Under the pieces are notes generated by a model. The model was not told the origin of the DNA and ran no database searches. It saw nothing but the letters and a program-made list of their open reading frames with translations. From the NCBI GenBank assembly GCA_964252035.1, contig OZ176203.1: DNA of 64,000 bases; one strand, given 5' to 3'. Positions 1-13,012 of the stretch are shown in pieces (positions within the stretch are counted from its first letter, which is position 1; the number at the start of each line of letters is the position of its first letter). The stretch comes from Podarcis erhardii. Taxonomy: Eukaryota. A program made the translations under genes and the position numbers.

Positions 1-367
1 AGTATAATGGTGCTTCATTCTAGGGCAGGGTACGGTTAAAGAAAATTACACAGAAGCTTTTTCTGTACTGAACTTAAACAGGAACATCTTATCTTTAAGT
101 AGACTAGACAGCCAGTACTTTGAACTTAGGGACAGCTACCTATAAGCAAGTAATTGACTTGAACAAAATTTGGAGGCTACTAAAGTCCCTGGCACATAAC
201 TCTATATTTGATACTTAAGTAATGTCTTCATAAAGTGTCTCATTATTCAAGGGCTGAATAACGAGATATCTTTAACATGGTTCCTCCTCCTCGCCATAAT
301 GTCTAGAACATCATGAGGTTCATCACCACCATGACCTGGATCATAGTGAGTGCATCTCATCTGCAAA

Positions 368-663
368 CAATGCTGAATTTATGTATAAGCTACAGCTTAG
401 GGACCCACTCTCTTGGAAACCCCCAAAAAATAAAGGGGGGAAAACTGGATGTACATTTCCAAATATAAGATAAAAAACAAATAAAATAAAACCTACATAC
501 AGCAACAGCGTTTTGTGTTGTGTAAGTAATGGGGCCCGCCTGCTAGCCTGCTCCCTAAAATATTCAGCACAAAAATTTGTTGTTGGCAGAGGACAGCTGG
601 ACATATAAAGGGCCCCATTACCTTCAGTAGCTTAGGGCCTCATCAAACCTAAAACCAGCCCTG
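368..663 (-). mobile_element. Non-autonomous DNA transposon (MITE), possibly PIF/Harbinger-like
   Basis: Imperfect inverted termini (caatgctgaattt at left; aaaaccagccctg at right). The left part is the reverse complement of 49565-49689 in this window. Confidence 0.6.
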
Positions 664-1051
664 TCTGCAAATCATGCTCCTGGCTGCCAATTATATGATG
701 GCTGCAATCACATGATGGAGGGAGACTTGTCCAGTCCAGCACAAAGTTTGCTCCAGCCCAGTTAGGAAAAGGGGAAACATGGTTTGCACTGGCTTAATTC
801 ATGTGCTTCTGTGATATATTTAGCAATTTATCAGAAACAAGAGCAGCACTATAATATGATGTGGTGGTATTCACTATAAAAAGATCTCCTTTCAACCTTT
901 TATAAGAGAAAAACATAAAGATGATAAGGAGATTCTGAGTGATACTGATATATTAGGACAGTAGAAAGGAAAGATTTATTACTTTTTCTGTGGGAAATGC
1001 AGAGAGAGAAAACAGCTCTTTCGAGTATAGGGCCACCTCAGTTCCTGATCT

Positions 1052-1142
1052 ACAGTGCAATCCTAAGCATGTCTACTCAAAAGTAAATTTTATTGAATTC
1101 AGTAGGGCTTAATTCCAGGTAAATGGGGTTAGGACTGCAGCC
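1052..1142. repeat. Short (~90 bp) squamate interspersed repeat, MITE-like
   Basis: gtgcaatcctaagcatgtctactca...taggactgcagcc with weakly inverted ends. Related copies near 37035-37110 and 55915-55993. Confidence 0.5.
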
Positions 1143-2974
1143 TTAGTCATCAGCCCAACCCCTTGTGCATGCTATATATTTTTAATCAGCGGTGCTTCTA
1201 AATGTGGGTCAAGACATTTTTTAAAAAAAATGCACTAATACTGTTCTCCCAATAGAGGGAAGCATCCTCAATGCAGTGTGCAAGAGGCTGCAATAAGCAG
1301 CATGGAAAAGAAAAGGGAAGACCCCCCCCCCCAGTGTTAACATCCCTAGTACTTATTCAGAAAAAATGTTTTGAAAAATATTGTAAAACTCCGGGAACGT
1401 CTTTAAAGCATTGTTGAAGTAAAGTGCTTATAGGTATCAAATTTACCAGTCCTGCAGCTGCATTATCTCATTTTCCTTTTCACAGATTTAATTATTTCCC
1501 AATGAACAAAGGTTTTTCCAGTCTCTGGAGATGTCTGTTTTCTGCCAGTGCATTGCTATAACTAATATTTGGCTTTTAACCTCTTCAGAAAGCAGTAATC
1601 TAAGTGATCGATTATCTAACACAACACAACATATTTCTGCTTATTTTCCAGCTTGTGGCCTCAGAATAAATAAATCATTCTAAAAATAGATGTTGTTCAT
1701 TATTAAACTCCCAAGCCATACTGAGAAAAGAGGTAAAACCAGGACTTTTAATAGAATATCAGTTAACCAGATGGGGAAACCAATTAAAGATATCTAACAA
1801 ATAATGCCTGATTTTAAATAATGCTATGGTAGGAAGATGGTGGTTCAATTAGTTATTTCCACCAAAATCCCGACTACAAGATGCCAGGTCCTTGTTTAGC
1901 TCAATGATAGCTCTAAAATTCTCTCTGACCATTTACTTTTTGGATATAAATAGGATGCCATTGCTGATACATTTATAGCTGTATGTTTATGCAAATAGTT
2001 TTTGGGGATCTCTAGAATACTCCACCATCCTGCACACGGGCCTTTTGAGCAAATGGGTATACTATATCTGGACTTTATAATAGAGAACAAGGATTCAAAA
2101 ATGTGACTTAAATGGATTGTGTTTACAAACAACCTCCAGCTTCATTAAAAAGATACTGCAGAAAAACCTGGCATTTCATAAAAGCAATAAATTAGAGCAA
2201 TTAACATCTACAAATGTTCAGTTTGGCTAAAATGACCATGTACAGGGCAGTGCTTGACATGAATTATGGTGAAATAAGTAGGGTGGTCCTTAATGAAATT
2301 CACAAGCTCTCCCCAAATTTAGCCACATATGCTCCCTGTAGCCTTCTGAAAACAGGAGCTACTACAAAAAGTAAGGGGACTAACCCCCTCTGTCCCCCCT
2401 CCCCAGTAATTCAAGCACCAGTGAAGGAACATTAGAGCAGCAAGCTAGCCCTTAACATAAGTGCATTCCTGGTGACTGGGAGTTGGAATCTGATTTCATT
2501 TTTAAAAAGCCCTCTCCGATCTTGCAGATGTTTTAAGCACTTGTTTCCAACCCAATGTAAGCTAAAACAAAAGGTGATTTGGTCAGAAGAGTCACCTGGG
2601 GACAGCTGGCCAGGCCCATTCATAAGAAACAGGACACAGTACATAAGGCAGGATCTTTGCAGAAGCTAGCCAAGTTTGCATCTGGCTTGTGTATGGATTG
2701 TGGACTACCTGGGAATTCTCTTTACCAGGTTTACGGCAACCTTCTTTTTGTCAAAGGCTACATGACCTCGGGAGATGCACAACAGCAATGTGCAAGCCTG
2801 ATGCCAGTGTTAGGCGGGAGCAGAGCCACAAGTGGATGGGTCCCCTTTATCTCTCTGCCACGTGCTTTTCTTTCTTTCTTCCCCTCCCCCCTTCCCTCTC
2901 TCTCCTTCCCCTTCCATGGATTCCTGGAAAAGGGGAAGGCTGCCGACTCTTACAAAGTCTGAGTAGATGGCTAT

Positions 2975-3267
2975 TGTTAAGTTGTGGGCAAACATATCAG
3001 ACGACACAGCAATTCTTCAAACAGCTCTTCTTTATTCTGAGGCCAGAACAGAACTGACTGAAGGGCTCAGTCAGCCTGCTTAGATAGAGCTCCAGTACCT
3101 TGCTACTGTAACAACTTTCTAAAAATATCCAATCACTGAACGTCACTTTCGATCCTTCATTTGCATACAAACTATCCAATCACTGAACGTCACTTTCGAT
3201 CCTTCATTTGCATAACTATCTACAGTATCCCCCTGCAGGCCCAGGGTGAGAACTTCAGTACATAACA
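2975..3267 (-). mobile_element. Solo LTR (293 bp)
   Basis: TGTTA...TAACA inverted termini and perfect 5-bp TSD GCTAT (2970-2974, 3268-3272). The minus strand shows CCAAT/octamer motifs, a TATA-like ctctatctaag and AATAAA in LTR order. Confidence 0.9.
3126..3214. promoter_or_regulatory. Tandem 47-bp-period duplication in LTR U3 (CCAAT + octamer)
   Basis: Identical 42-bp copies at 3126-3167 and 3173-3214, each with CCAAT, TGAACGTCA and ATTTGCAT. Confidence 0.8.
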
Positions 3268-3734
3268 GCTATTGAATCTGGGTCATGGGCTGCATGTGAT
3301 GAGGCAGCCTAGGGCTGCCGGTTGCCCACTCCTGCTCTGTACGCTGCCTTGAATGGAAGAGAGGTGAGATACACATACATAAGAAAGGCAAGAGCTAGTT
3401 GCAAACCATATCATATCTACATGGTAGATGATGGGTGTTCTGAATGAGGCTGAAGAGCGAGACTGATTCTGACAGCAGTATAAAAGGAGATTCTAGGGTA
3501 GAATTTTAAAAAGCCATTTTTTAAATGGCTTGACCTGTTTTCAGAATAACAGAGCATGTACTGCAGTAAACAATTTGCTTGCACTGCAAACACAAGGGGC
3601 AATTTCAATGAGGACATGGATCTATCCAGCTTTTTTCACTGGCTCCAGTTACAGCATTGAAGAAGGAGCAAAAAAACAAACACCAAACAATCCAACATCT
3701 GCATGCAAATCTGGCTAACTCATTTTCGGAAAGA

Positions 3735-4139
3735 CAGAAACCATGAGAAAGATCAAAGAAGAGCAACAAAATAATTACGGGGCAGTAGGGATTTGCCTAT
3801 AAGGAAGATTAAAAGAGCTAAATAAATATGTAAAGTTTGGCTAAGCGATATCTGAAGAGAGACACGCAAATCATCAACAAATATTTGATTGGTTTAAACA
3901 CTTGGGACAGCAGGGAATTGCTTTGCCCAGACTGAACAGGTACAGCTCAAAAGATGAAATTAAGAAATGGAAAATTTAGGCAGAAGCAGAACTCAAAGCT
4001 AATTCTCCTGACAGTAAGTTGCATTAGTGGCCAGGCAATGTACTAGCAAATGTACAATGGGGGGGGGGGGATTCTGCACTGATAGGAGAAGGGACCAGAT
4101 GACCTACTGGGTCTTTCCAATCTCAAATATTTATGATTC
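3735..4139 (+). mobile_element. Old CR1 LINE 3' fragment
   Basis: Degenerate ORF2 C-terminal sequence (agaagagcaacaaaa...cctataaggaagattaaaagag) ending in a CR1-type tail gaccagatgacctactgggtctttccaatct...atgattc. Confidence 0.6.
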
Positions 4140-5789
4140 CGTAATTAAGTATTATTAAATATAATTGCCTGTGCCCATGGTTGTCCCTCAGAAATCTTTG
4201 ACTAATGCCTTAGGTCAGAAGTGTGCAATTATCTCCTAAATAAAGGTCTTTCACTTTCACTCATCCACTCTCCTGAAATTACCTTGCTGATTTCATGATT
4301 TACAAGTGCTTTCATAAAAACCACGTGTTTTGATCTTGCAGCATTTTAAAGCTTTGGAGAGCCGATGACTTGTAGGTGGGGGTTGATTCTGACTGGCAAG
4401 CAGGCCCCTTTTCCCAGTGGTCGGATATCTTAACCCATCTTTGATTTCCTGAAGTAAGGATGACATGCAGCAGCAGAGCACATCCAATATGCATGCAGTC
4501 TCTGACCACAATAGGAATCTTGAGCCTTTATGGTGAGTTGAATTGTCCACCATCATCAGTGCTGTTTACAACATGAGGGAAAAGCTACGACAGAGAAAGA
4601 TAACTCAAGAAGGAATTTTCAAATGCATGATACTAGCAATATGCATGATAATAACTAATGCATGATAATGACAATTATTACATACTAAACATGAATGTGG
4701 GAATATAATGTCAGTTGCAGAGTACTGGAAGGTTTGATACATTTTTCATATAGTAAACAAATTAGCACCGTACTGCAAATTCTTCTTCACTGTTCTCCAT
4801 CAATTATTGAGAAAAAAAGTATTGTATTTGAAAATTTTCAGTGGGAGACGGAAAATTTCCATTAAATTATCATGGGTCCAGAGCAGAATTTTTGTGGTGC
4901 TTGCCTTTCTTTTTAGATGGTAGAGAGATGTTTATGGGTGTCTCATTCTACAATAATCTAATGAGTGGCCAGTGCTCTGAAGTCTTCCTGGGCGGCCATA
5001 TTTCAATCAAAGCCCAGGTAAAGATGTCACAAGGTAACTCCTCCTATGTCAGGCTTGGTGGATTCTCTCCTCCCCCAGTAGCATCAAGGATCAATGAAGA
5101 AACAAGAAAATTCCTATTTATGATTTTATTCAGTCATCATGGTGCAAGGCAAAGAATCCAGTCCTTAACTCAATAGTGATGTTGCTCACTCTGAGCTCCT
5201 CTCCTTATTTCCACAGCAACAGAACTTGGCTCTACAGGGGACCTCAGGAGTCAATTGTCATTGAGCCCATTGCTCTTGAATTCTAATTGAGCGGTGAGTC
5301 CATGGGGATGGTGGCACTTTTATGTTCTCCAAGGTTGTCTCTGCTGACGCCTCTCCCCCTCCCCCTCCTAACACCCCATAACTTGGCAGTTCTGCTGTAA
5401 TTCAATCCTGTCTCTCCTCTTGAAGAATCAATCCCCCCACTCCCCCTCCTCCTCCAAGGGAAGGAGAGAAGGAAGGGGTGATCCCAGCCCTCCTCTTCAG
5501 TCCAGTCCCTGACATCCTATAGGTTTTTTCAGATGAGGTAGTGCAGTCAGCCAGGGGGGAAGCAGAGTGCTGGGAAAACATTTACTGGAGAGAAAAACGT
5601 TGGCAACCTTGCAATGATAAAGGAAGCTCACAACCTAATGCTGATCAAAATTCTAAAGAAGTTCTGAAATATCCTGAGAATGAAGCAAAAACAAACAAAC
5701 AAACAATGGAAGTCTCTTTCACAGAGCAAGAAAACTTTCAAGAAACTAGAAGGCAGATTTCAGCACAGCAGCAACTTCACACATTCTGC

Positions 5790-5929
5790 ACACTGTGTAA
5801 CTTGCTTCAACGTTACTGTTAGAGCATTATTGCTCCTGATTTATCTTGTGAGCTACCCTGAGATCTTTTGAAGAATGGTTGTATATAAATCAAATCAAAT
5901 CAAATCAAATCAAATAAATAAAAAATAAA
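5790..5929 (+). mobile_element. L2-type LINE 3' tail with (AAATC)n/(AAAT)n terminus
   Basis: tgtgagctaccctgag...tgtatataaatcaaatc... matches the L2 tail pattern. Microsatellite at 5887-5929. Confidence 0.55.
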
Positions 5930-6019
5930 TTGGAGCCTTCAATATTGGAACCATGTGGGAAACCAGATTTGTGAAGTGGTCCGTAGTTGATTGAGCTAAT
6001 ACTCACCCAAATATCTAAT

Positions 6020-6300
6020 ACATTTATTTCCTACTCTTCAAGAGAAAAACATGTTTAGGGGGGCTTACCAAGAAATCTAAACCAATAAGAAACAAAACCA
6101 AAACAATAGTAAATCAATAATAAATCAAGAGCAGATTGAAAATAGCAACAAAGTAAAAATAATTTCCATCACAAATTAAAAGCTTGAGAAAATAAAAACA
6201 TTACAAAGAAGTCACCAGACAAATGTCCAGTGGGAAATCATTTTAACTAGGTGTCACAACCAAGAAGTCCTTGCCCCCAGTTGCAACCAACCTCACTTCA
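6020..6300 (-). mobile_element. Degraded L2-type fragment
   Basis: atttatttcctactctt...ggcttac reversed L2 tail followed by A-rich sequence and aaaagcttgagaaaataaaa. Confidence 0.4.
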
Positions 6301-9229
6301 GCTGGCCAGAGTAGATGGGTGTTTGCTAGAGAGAGGAGTAGTGATTAAAATTGTTTGAAACCTGTAGATATATATTTGCAAAAGAACATTACATGATTAA
6401 ATACCACATGATTCCTGGTACTCTAAAAATGTTTGAAAAATGCCTGTAGTGGAAGAACAGTATGACAGAGTGTTATAAAGAACCTTTCAGAGATTCAGTA
6501 TTGGAACACAGTATAGAGTTTCCTTCTGCTAGGCTGTAATCATTTACCAAGATATACTACATCTATTTTTCCTATATGCCAGCATATATATATATTTTTT
6601 ATAATGCACACAGATTTTTGCTCCTGCCTTTCATCCCTTGGCTAGTTATGCAGTGAAAGGGCTGCTCAAGCATTGCAAACTTTCTACCATCTTACATTGT
6701 CAAACCTCTTCTTCATTTTGATCAGAGCAATGGCCAAATCCAACTTAACAATAATCTTTCAATGTTATGTTTCATCTCGAATGATAGAGAATAGAAAGAG
6801 TAACACAGAATATATCCAGAATGGCATTGCTTTTTTTTAATACATCATTCTGCACATTTCTGCACTCCACAAATACCTAAAGATAATGCAGCCAAAATTT
6901 ATCATGTGCAAAGCCCCATTCACATGTTGGTCATCTGTAGGTTACTCCATACAAACTGGAGAGGGATCGCACTCTTTGGTCCACTTGCAATGCCACACCA
7001 CTGCAATAGCTCCACCCTCTGATGATTGCAAACTTCCACATATGAGTGGCTGCTTTTGCTCAGGGACTAAACACAATTGGGAATCCTACACAAGTTCTTA
7101 CACTCTCCACCCCTGTTTCCACCTGGCTCTCTCTCATTGCATTTAAATAATCATCTGCACACTTCTCCAAACGGGCTGCAGCCCTAACTTCTGGCCATGG
7201 GCAGTAGTCTATCATGATCCCCAGGGGTGCTCACTACTGAGGAAGCTTGATGGCCTAAGGAAGAGTAGGCTAGTTCCCTAAGTGGACAGGCAGGAGTTCC
7301 AGGTGTGGGTTCAGGACCATGGATAGCACTCTAGCAGCGGAAGCCAGACATACAGTTTCCTTTGCAACTGGGAGTTTTATAATGGGGGTAGGTAGTAAAG
7401 GACTGGAGGCCCTACCGCCCGAGTGCTCCCTTCTTCTGAAGCTGTTGACTTCTTTGAGGGGCCTCCAGCTGTGGGGATCTCTCCTCAAGACTCTTTTGAT
7501 CCCTTGAGGAGTTTGTAGCCCAGCCAGCAGTCTGTCTCCTCAAGACACAAGTGAGAGGATTCACACTTATCTGCCTGCAGGTCCTCACTGAATGACAGGG
7601 AGCCAACATTATATCCAAAGCCTTGCCAGTCACATGAAGAGGTCGTAGGGGTAAAATTGTCCATTTTTTGCTGTGCCAGCTCTAGGCCAGTGCAGTAAAG
7701 AAGCTTGATTGGTTCAATCTAGATTAGTTTAGGGACCAACAGAGCCTTGGCTATGCCCCCTCATCCTCTTCCTATCCACCAAACACCACACTTAAGGGGT
7801 TTATACTGGCTTCCACCCACCTCTGCTTTTACCAGGCACAGCATGGACCTCTGTCACATCCTAAACCTCTGCAGCACTGAGCAGATCAGGAGTTGCAATG
7901 GCTCTGCCTGCTATTATGTGAAATGATGCTGTAAAATATTCTCTTTTACTTCTTTGTTCATCTCCAGTGACACTACAGACATTTCCACTGATTTTAGTCT
8001 GTATTTTGTCGATCTCTGCACATTGTATCTATAATAGTTCTTCAGCAATAATTTCTCTTCCTTATTTTAAACTGTTTATTACTTGCAGGGATTTGTAGAA
8101 TTAAAAGAATCTCTAATCACATTTTCCTTAGGCTGCACCTATTTCTGCACCAACCTTCTTCATCTGGCAGACTCTTCTTAATCTCCTCTATTGTAATTGC
8201 TGTTGCCCCGTTTTTAACAGTTTATTGATTATTTTCATAGCACACAGCCTAGAAGCTGTTGAGAAAAAACATATACTAATAATTTATAATGAAAATGCTT
8301 CCTTCCTTAAACCTCACAATAGTAAGCTTGGAAATACATACACATTCACCAGAGTCAAAACTAATTTATACATTTTCTTTCACACTGACTTTCCACTGAG
8401 TAGGAAGTAAAAATACATACTTCGGGAGTTGTAAAATATATAGCTGTTTACTCATGCGTGCAGAACAAATTACTTTTTGGTAGCCTGAGAATATTAGACT
8501 TTAGAATTGAAGGATATTTTGTGTTATCCTAAAGAATAATGTCAAATCTTCCCTCACTGGATAATTTTTTAAAGACAACAATAAGAAATTACTTTGCAGC
8601 AGTGATGCGTTGTTAAATTCAAGGCACTCACATATTCCTGTATTCTTTTTCTCTTTTTACCCAGAGTTACCTGGATCACTTCTGTGAAAGATAATTTTCT
8701 TCGCTGACATCCTCCAGATAGTGTCTGCAGATTGTCCAGGGAAAAAAAGAATAAACTCCTATTAGTGGCGGAAGATGACTGTTCTTTTGCAATCAACAGT
8801 CTGAGAGAAATGATTTCCTCCCCCACAGTTCTTTGCCTAGTTTAGACTATTTGGAGCAATTTTTAAGGGGTTGTCAGGTCTGTTTCTTTGTGCATCCCAC
8901 AGTTAAGTGTCCTGAAAATTTGGGCTGAGATAGTAGCTGCTTTGTTAGTAGGGATTTGCTTGTGCCAGATCTCACCACGGATCAACCCCAGCACCTGTTT
9001 TTAATGCCATGTGTGAGGAAAGGTGAAGGAGTCATCCTCTCTTGTGCATCAAGGTGTTGGTAGTCCAATCAGAAGAAGAGTCAGTTGGACCAGAAATGTC
9101 ATTGCAAGGAGAGGATGCTGAGGATGCAGCGCTGCTCAGCCTGACAGAGTGGTACCCAATGTGCATGTGAGCTGTTGCATACACAATGTTTGCCTTATGT
9201 GACACCTGCCGATGAGGATGAGAGAGAAA

Positions 9230-9570
9230 TTTGCACTTCTTGAACTAACAGGAGAACTATCATGCAGCTCTCCAGTGAAATTCATGTATCAGCAATCTTT
9301 GCAATGCAGTGCCAAAGAACATGTGCATAAATGTGTATATAAGAAACTAATGTACAATAATACATTATCTGGGGGGGGGGATGGGGACAATTTATTGCAA
9401 AAAAATGCACATACTGTACAAAATATATATTGGGAGAAATATACACAAAAATGTGTACATTTTTTTCATGCAAACTTTATAAGAAGTCTGCAAACATATG
9501 CAGGAATGAGACAAAGTGAATTTTGAAAAGATTGGAAAATGAGAAACCCAAACTGATGGTTTTGTGCATT
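9230..9570 (+). repeat. Unclassified AT-rich interspersed repeat
   Basis: Shares motifs (ttgcaatgcagt, gtgcataaa, caaaaatgtgta, aagattggaaaatgagaaac) with the reverse-oriented copy at 54840-55227. Confidence 0.55.
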
Positions 9571-9603
9571 TCTAGCTGTTAGGTGGTGTACATGGGGTAT
9601 TAA

Positions 9604-10327
9604 GGGAGGGGTAGTACCTCCTGTGGGGGACACCTCACACTCTTTCTGGGGTAGTTTACCCACTTTTAGTCCTCACCCTGCACTCAGCTCTCACTTGTGG
9701 CTCCTAGAAGCTGTCAGCATGCAACAGTGGCCACACCCTGGAAAATGGCTTCAACTGGCTGGCTAAACCATGCGAGGGTAGCTGATGGCTCTCAAGCCCT
9801 TGGTGAGATAGGGACTTCCCCTGCATGCAAAGACAGGCTGTGGCAGATTGAGCAGACATGACCAATAGTTGGTCCAATGGTCAAGAAGGCAGTTTCTGCA
9901 TATGCTGTAGAGGAAAGTGAGGGACAGATGGGGCTCATCAGCCTGGGAAGGTAGCCAACCTAGGAAGAGGAAAACTCTGATACTAAACCTCCGCTGCTTC
10001 GTGGGATATACTCAGGAGAAGAAAAGGTTGAGGCTAAAATAATTCCAGTTGAATCCAAAGATGGTTGGATGGCGCCTAGTACACTTCCTTGTGGTAGCTC
10101 CAGCAGTCATGTTGATTTCCAAACATATTGTTCTGCTTTCCTTTGGACCACCATTAGCGAGGCTGTGAGGGGGGCCTTGTTGTCTGGGCATCTCAAAACC
10201 TCCATACTCACCGCTCAGGCTTTCACCCTGGGGAAGTCACTTCAGCGCTGGTAACGCAGTGATTTGGCTTCATCCTCAGAGGTGCATTCCATTGTGTCTC
10301 AAAGCAGATGGATGCCCACAACAACAA
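9604..10327 (+). mobile_element. Non-coding RTE-related retroelement (SINE-like)
   Basis: Internal gggaaggtagccaacctaggaagaggaaaactctgatactaaacc resembles the RTE 5'UTR motif. Ends in gatggatgcc plus (CAA)n. No ORF and no TSD found. Confidence 0.55.
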
Positions 10328-10951
10328 ATCACTAGGCAGAGTTATATTAACTGGCCTCTATATGACAGCTGTGTTGCATGAGCTGTATATAAATCACCCT
10401 AAATCCAACAGTTCATTTTTAGGTAGCCCGTGGATCTGGCAGTCCTTTTGAGGGGAAAGCAATGGGAACAATTGGCCCTGGCTGGATATACAAGAAGGAA
10501 CTATCAAAACTGACAAATGTTTGGAGGGGGGAATGACATAGACAAAGGACACAGTGAGAAGGAAGTTGGGACACAAATGAACATTCAGACAACCTGAATC
10601 AGGCTATTTTTTGGACAGGATTCAGAAAATAATGCCTGAATCAACCAAGACATACAAGCATCTTTCAAAAGATTTTATTTTTAAAGGTGAGAACTAAAAA
10701 AATAAAAATGGAGTATCAGAACCTGCACCTCTGAAGAAGAAGATGATAGTAGGGGAGACTTTCCCTAATTGGAAACAAAAGTAGAAAGGGGAAGGGATTT
10801 ACAAGAAAACGGTTTATTGATTCAACATATTTTGGACCCTACTGGCTCTACTTCAGGGAAATTCAGAGAACAGGAATTTGAAACTCAGGTGTACTTCCTG
10901 TTCTGTTTCATACAATGTAAGTAAAGTGTGTTCTCCCTCATGGAGAGCACA

Positions 10952-11743
10952 GGTTGTGGGCGGGGCTGACAAGACACCTCACTGTTACTAGGCAAATGGT
11001 TTGGCCATCCTGTAAGCAGGGGCGGGCTGTTACTGGGGTAATTTAGATGTTGCCAATTAGTGATTGACAGCCCTATTTGTTAAATACAAGGCACGCAGCA
11101 ACGGACGTCCTCTTTTGCTGCATGCTTTGGATCACCCGCCCTCCCTTCCCTAATGTTAGGCTGTTTGCTTGACCTTGCTATTGCCTGTCATGGGGTCGTC
11201 TGCTTTGGGGCAGGGGCCCGGTAGGAATTTTGCCATTTGGCTGATTAGTGTGTGCCACTTGGTTTTCGCCTACTGCATAGCAAATTGTCACAACTTGTAA
11301 GGTTTGCGGTTAGGCATTGGTCTGGAATTGGTTGCTGGGGGGGTCTGGATTCGGCTGTGCCTGCCCCCCAAAATGCTGCTGCTGCTGCTGAAGGATTTTA
11401 CAGTTAAAGGAACCCAGGTGCTCCCCCATGCTTTTGTCCAAAACCCCCTGGCAAGGGGCTAGGGCCACACAAACCCCTGGGAGCATGCTGGGGAGAGGTG
11501 AGGCATGGTTCCCAGTCCCGTCTCTCTCCCCAGGTAACTTACCCTTCCTGACTTCGCAGGGGGTGCGAATGTCAGAGCTGTCCCCATGCGGGGGCAGTTA
11601 GTGCTACCAATGCCTAAGCAACCACTCACATTGCTGTATTTGAATAAAGTTGTGGCCAAAATTATGCCAAAAACCTTAAACAAAAATTAAGTATCAATTG
11701 TGTTTTTCTTGGGGGGGTGTCTTGGGGACCTTGACGCACAACA
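10952..11743 (+). mobile_element. Probable solo LTR (~792 bp)
   Basis: Termini (g)GTTGTG...CACAACA, imperfect 5-bp TSD gcaca/gcata, AATAAA at 11643-11648, GC boxes near the 5' end. Confidence 0.6.
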
Positions 11744-12968
11744 GCATAAGAAACAAAAGAAGAAGAGTATATGAATTTTGAATTTCTGTTCACTGAAATT
11801 CCCTGCAGTAGTACCAGAAAGGCCTGAAACAATGGTTCAATCAAGCTTTTTTATTGTCTAACCCATTGTTTCCCCCTTTTGTTTCTAGCTGCTTTTTTAG
11901 GATTCCCATATATGTTGGACAACTTTTACCACATCAGATAAATAAAATCAGAACCCATACAGTAATTAAACCTTTTAAAAGACTTTAAACGTACAAAAAC
12001 AAGGCACAATGACTTTTCAGTAGCAAAGGGATAGCTATTATATTTTGAACTGTGCTTCTGATTTACTCTAATACTTGGGTTGGAGAAGGCAAAGGAATAG
12101 AAGCCTAAAGGACAGATGGTCAGGATGCATCACGAAACAGGCAGTCGAATTGGTGCAGGCTATTGGAGAGGATGAAAGAGAGTTAAGTGGATTATACTAG
12201 AAACCTGGAGACTCACTGATGAATGGAGGCCTCTAAAGAGAAAGAAAGAAAGAAAATAGTAAAATACATGGAGCTCCTGAAGACATATGTAAGGAAGAGA
12301 AGAAAGGGCAAAAGTAGAAAAGAGGTGCTGGCAGGATAGAAAAATCTGAACCCATGAGAAGGGTGTAGAGACAAAAATCAGAGACTTCAAACAGCTTTAC
12401 AAAAAAAAACCTGAAGGATCTTTCCGAAAGAAAGATAGTTCACATGTGGTGCCCATTAGAGACTCTCCTGGACAGATATTGAAAACACACGAAGAATAAA
12501 GCAAAGAACTGAAAAGAGCACTTTGATTCCATATTATATTACTCACGGAGAAGGAAAATATCATTGTGCCTGCAGAAAAGACGTGATAGTGTCCAGATGA
12601 AGAATATTGCTCCACACAAGTTGCAAATCAGGATTACAACAAACATTAGAATTTTGGATCTGCTGATAGGGTTATTTCACTGCATAGCATAAGCCGGTAT
12701 GCTATAATCCGATACATGACATGCAAAGTTATATCTAGACATATGTATGTGAAAACTACCCTATTGTTTATGGGGATATTTCCTTCTCTCTGTAAAATGA
12801 CAACAGATTTTCAAGACATGTAGGAGGTAAATGGTATTTGTGAGGACAGGATACAAGACGTAAGATAATTTTACATCATTCATGATGTAAAAATATAGAG
12901 ACTTGGCTCAGTTATTAATGGTTTCTGCTACTGAAGGAAACAGGAAGTAAACATTGCACTTTTTAAAC

Positions 12969-12971
<3 letters not shown>

Positions 12972-13010
<39 letters not shown>
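12972..13010. repeat. (TG)n microsatellite
   Basis: Uninterrupted TG run. Confidence 0.98.

Positions 13011-13012
<2 letters not shown>

Noticed and set aside
4341-4531. Segment with cAG acceptor and GTGAGT donor
   Set aside because: Stop codons in all three frames. At most a non-coding exon, and nothing supports that.
7130-7640. GC-richer block with 62-73 aa ORFs
   Set aside because: No identifiable protein or transposon motif. Probably an old repeat, left uncalled.
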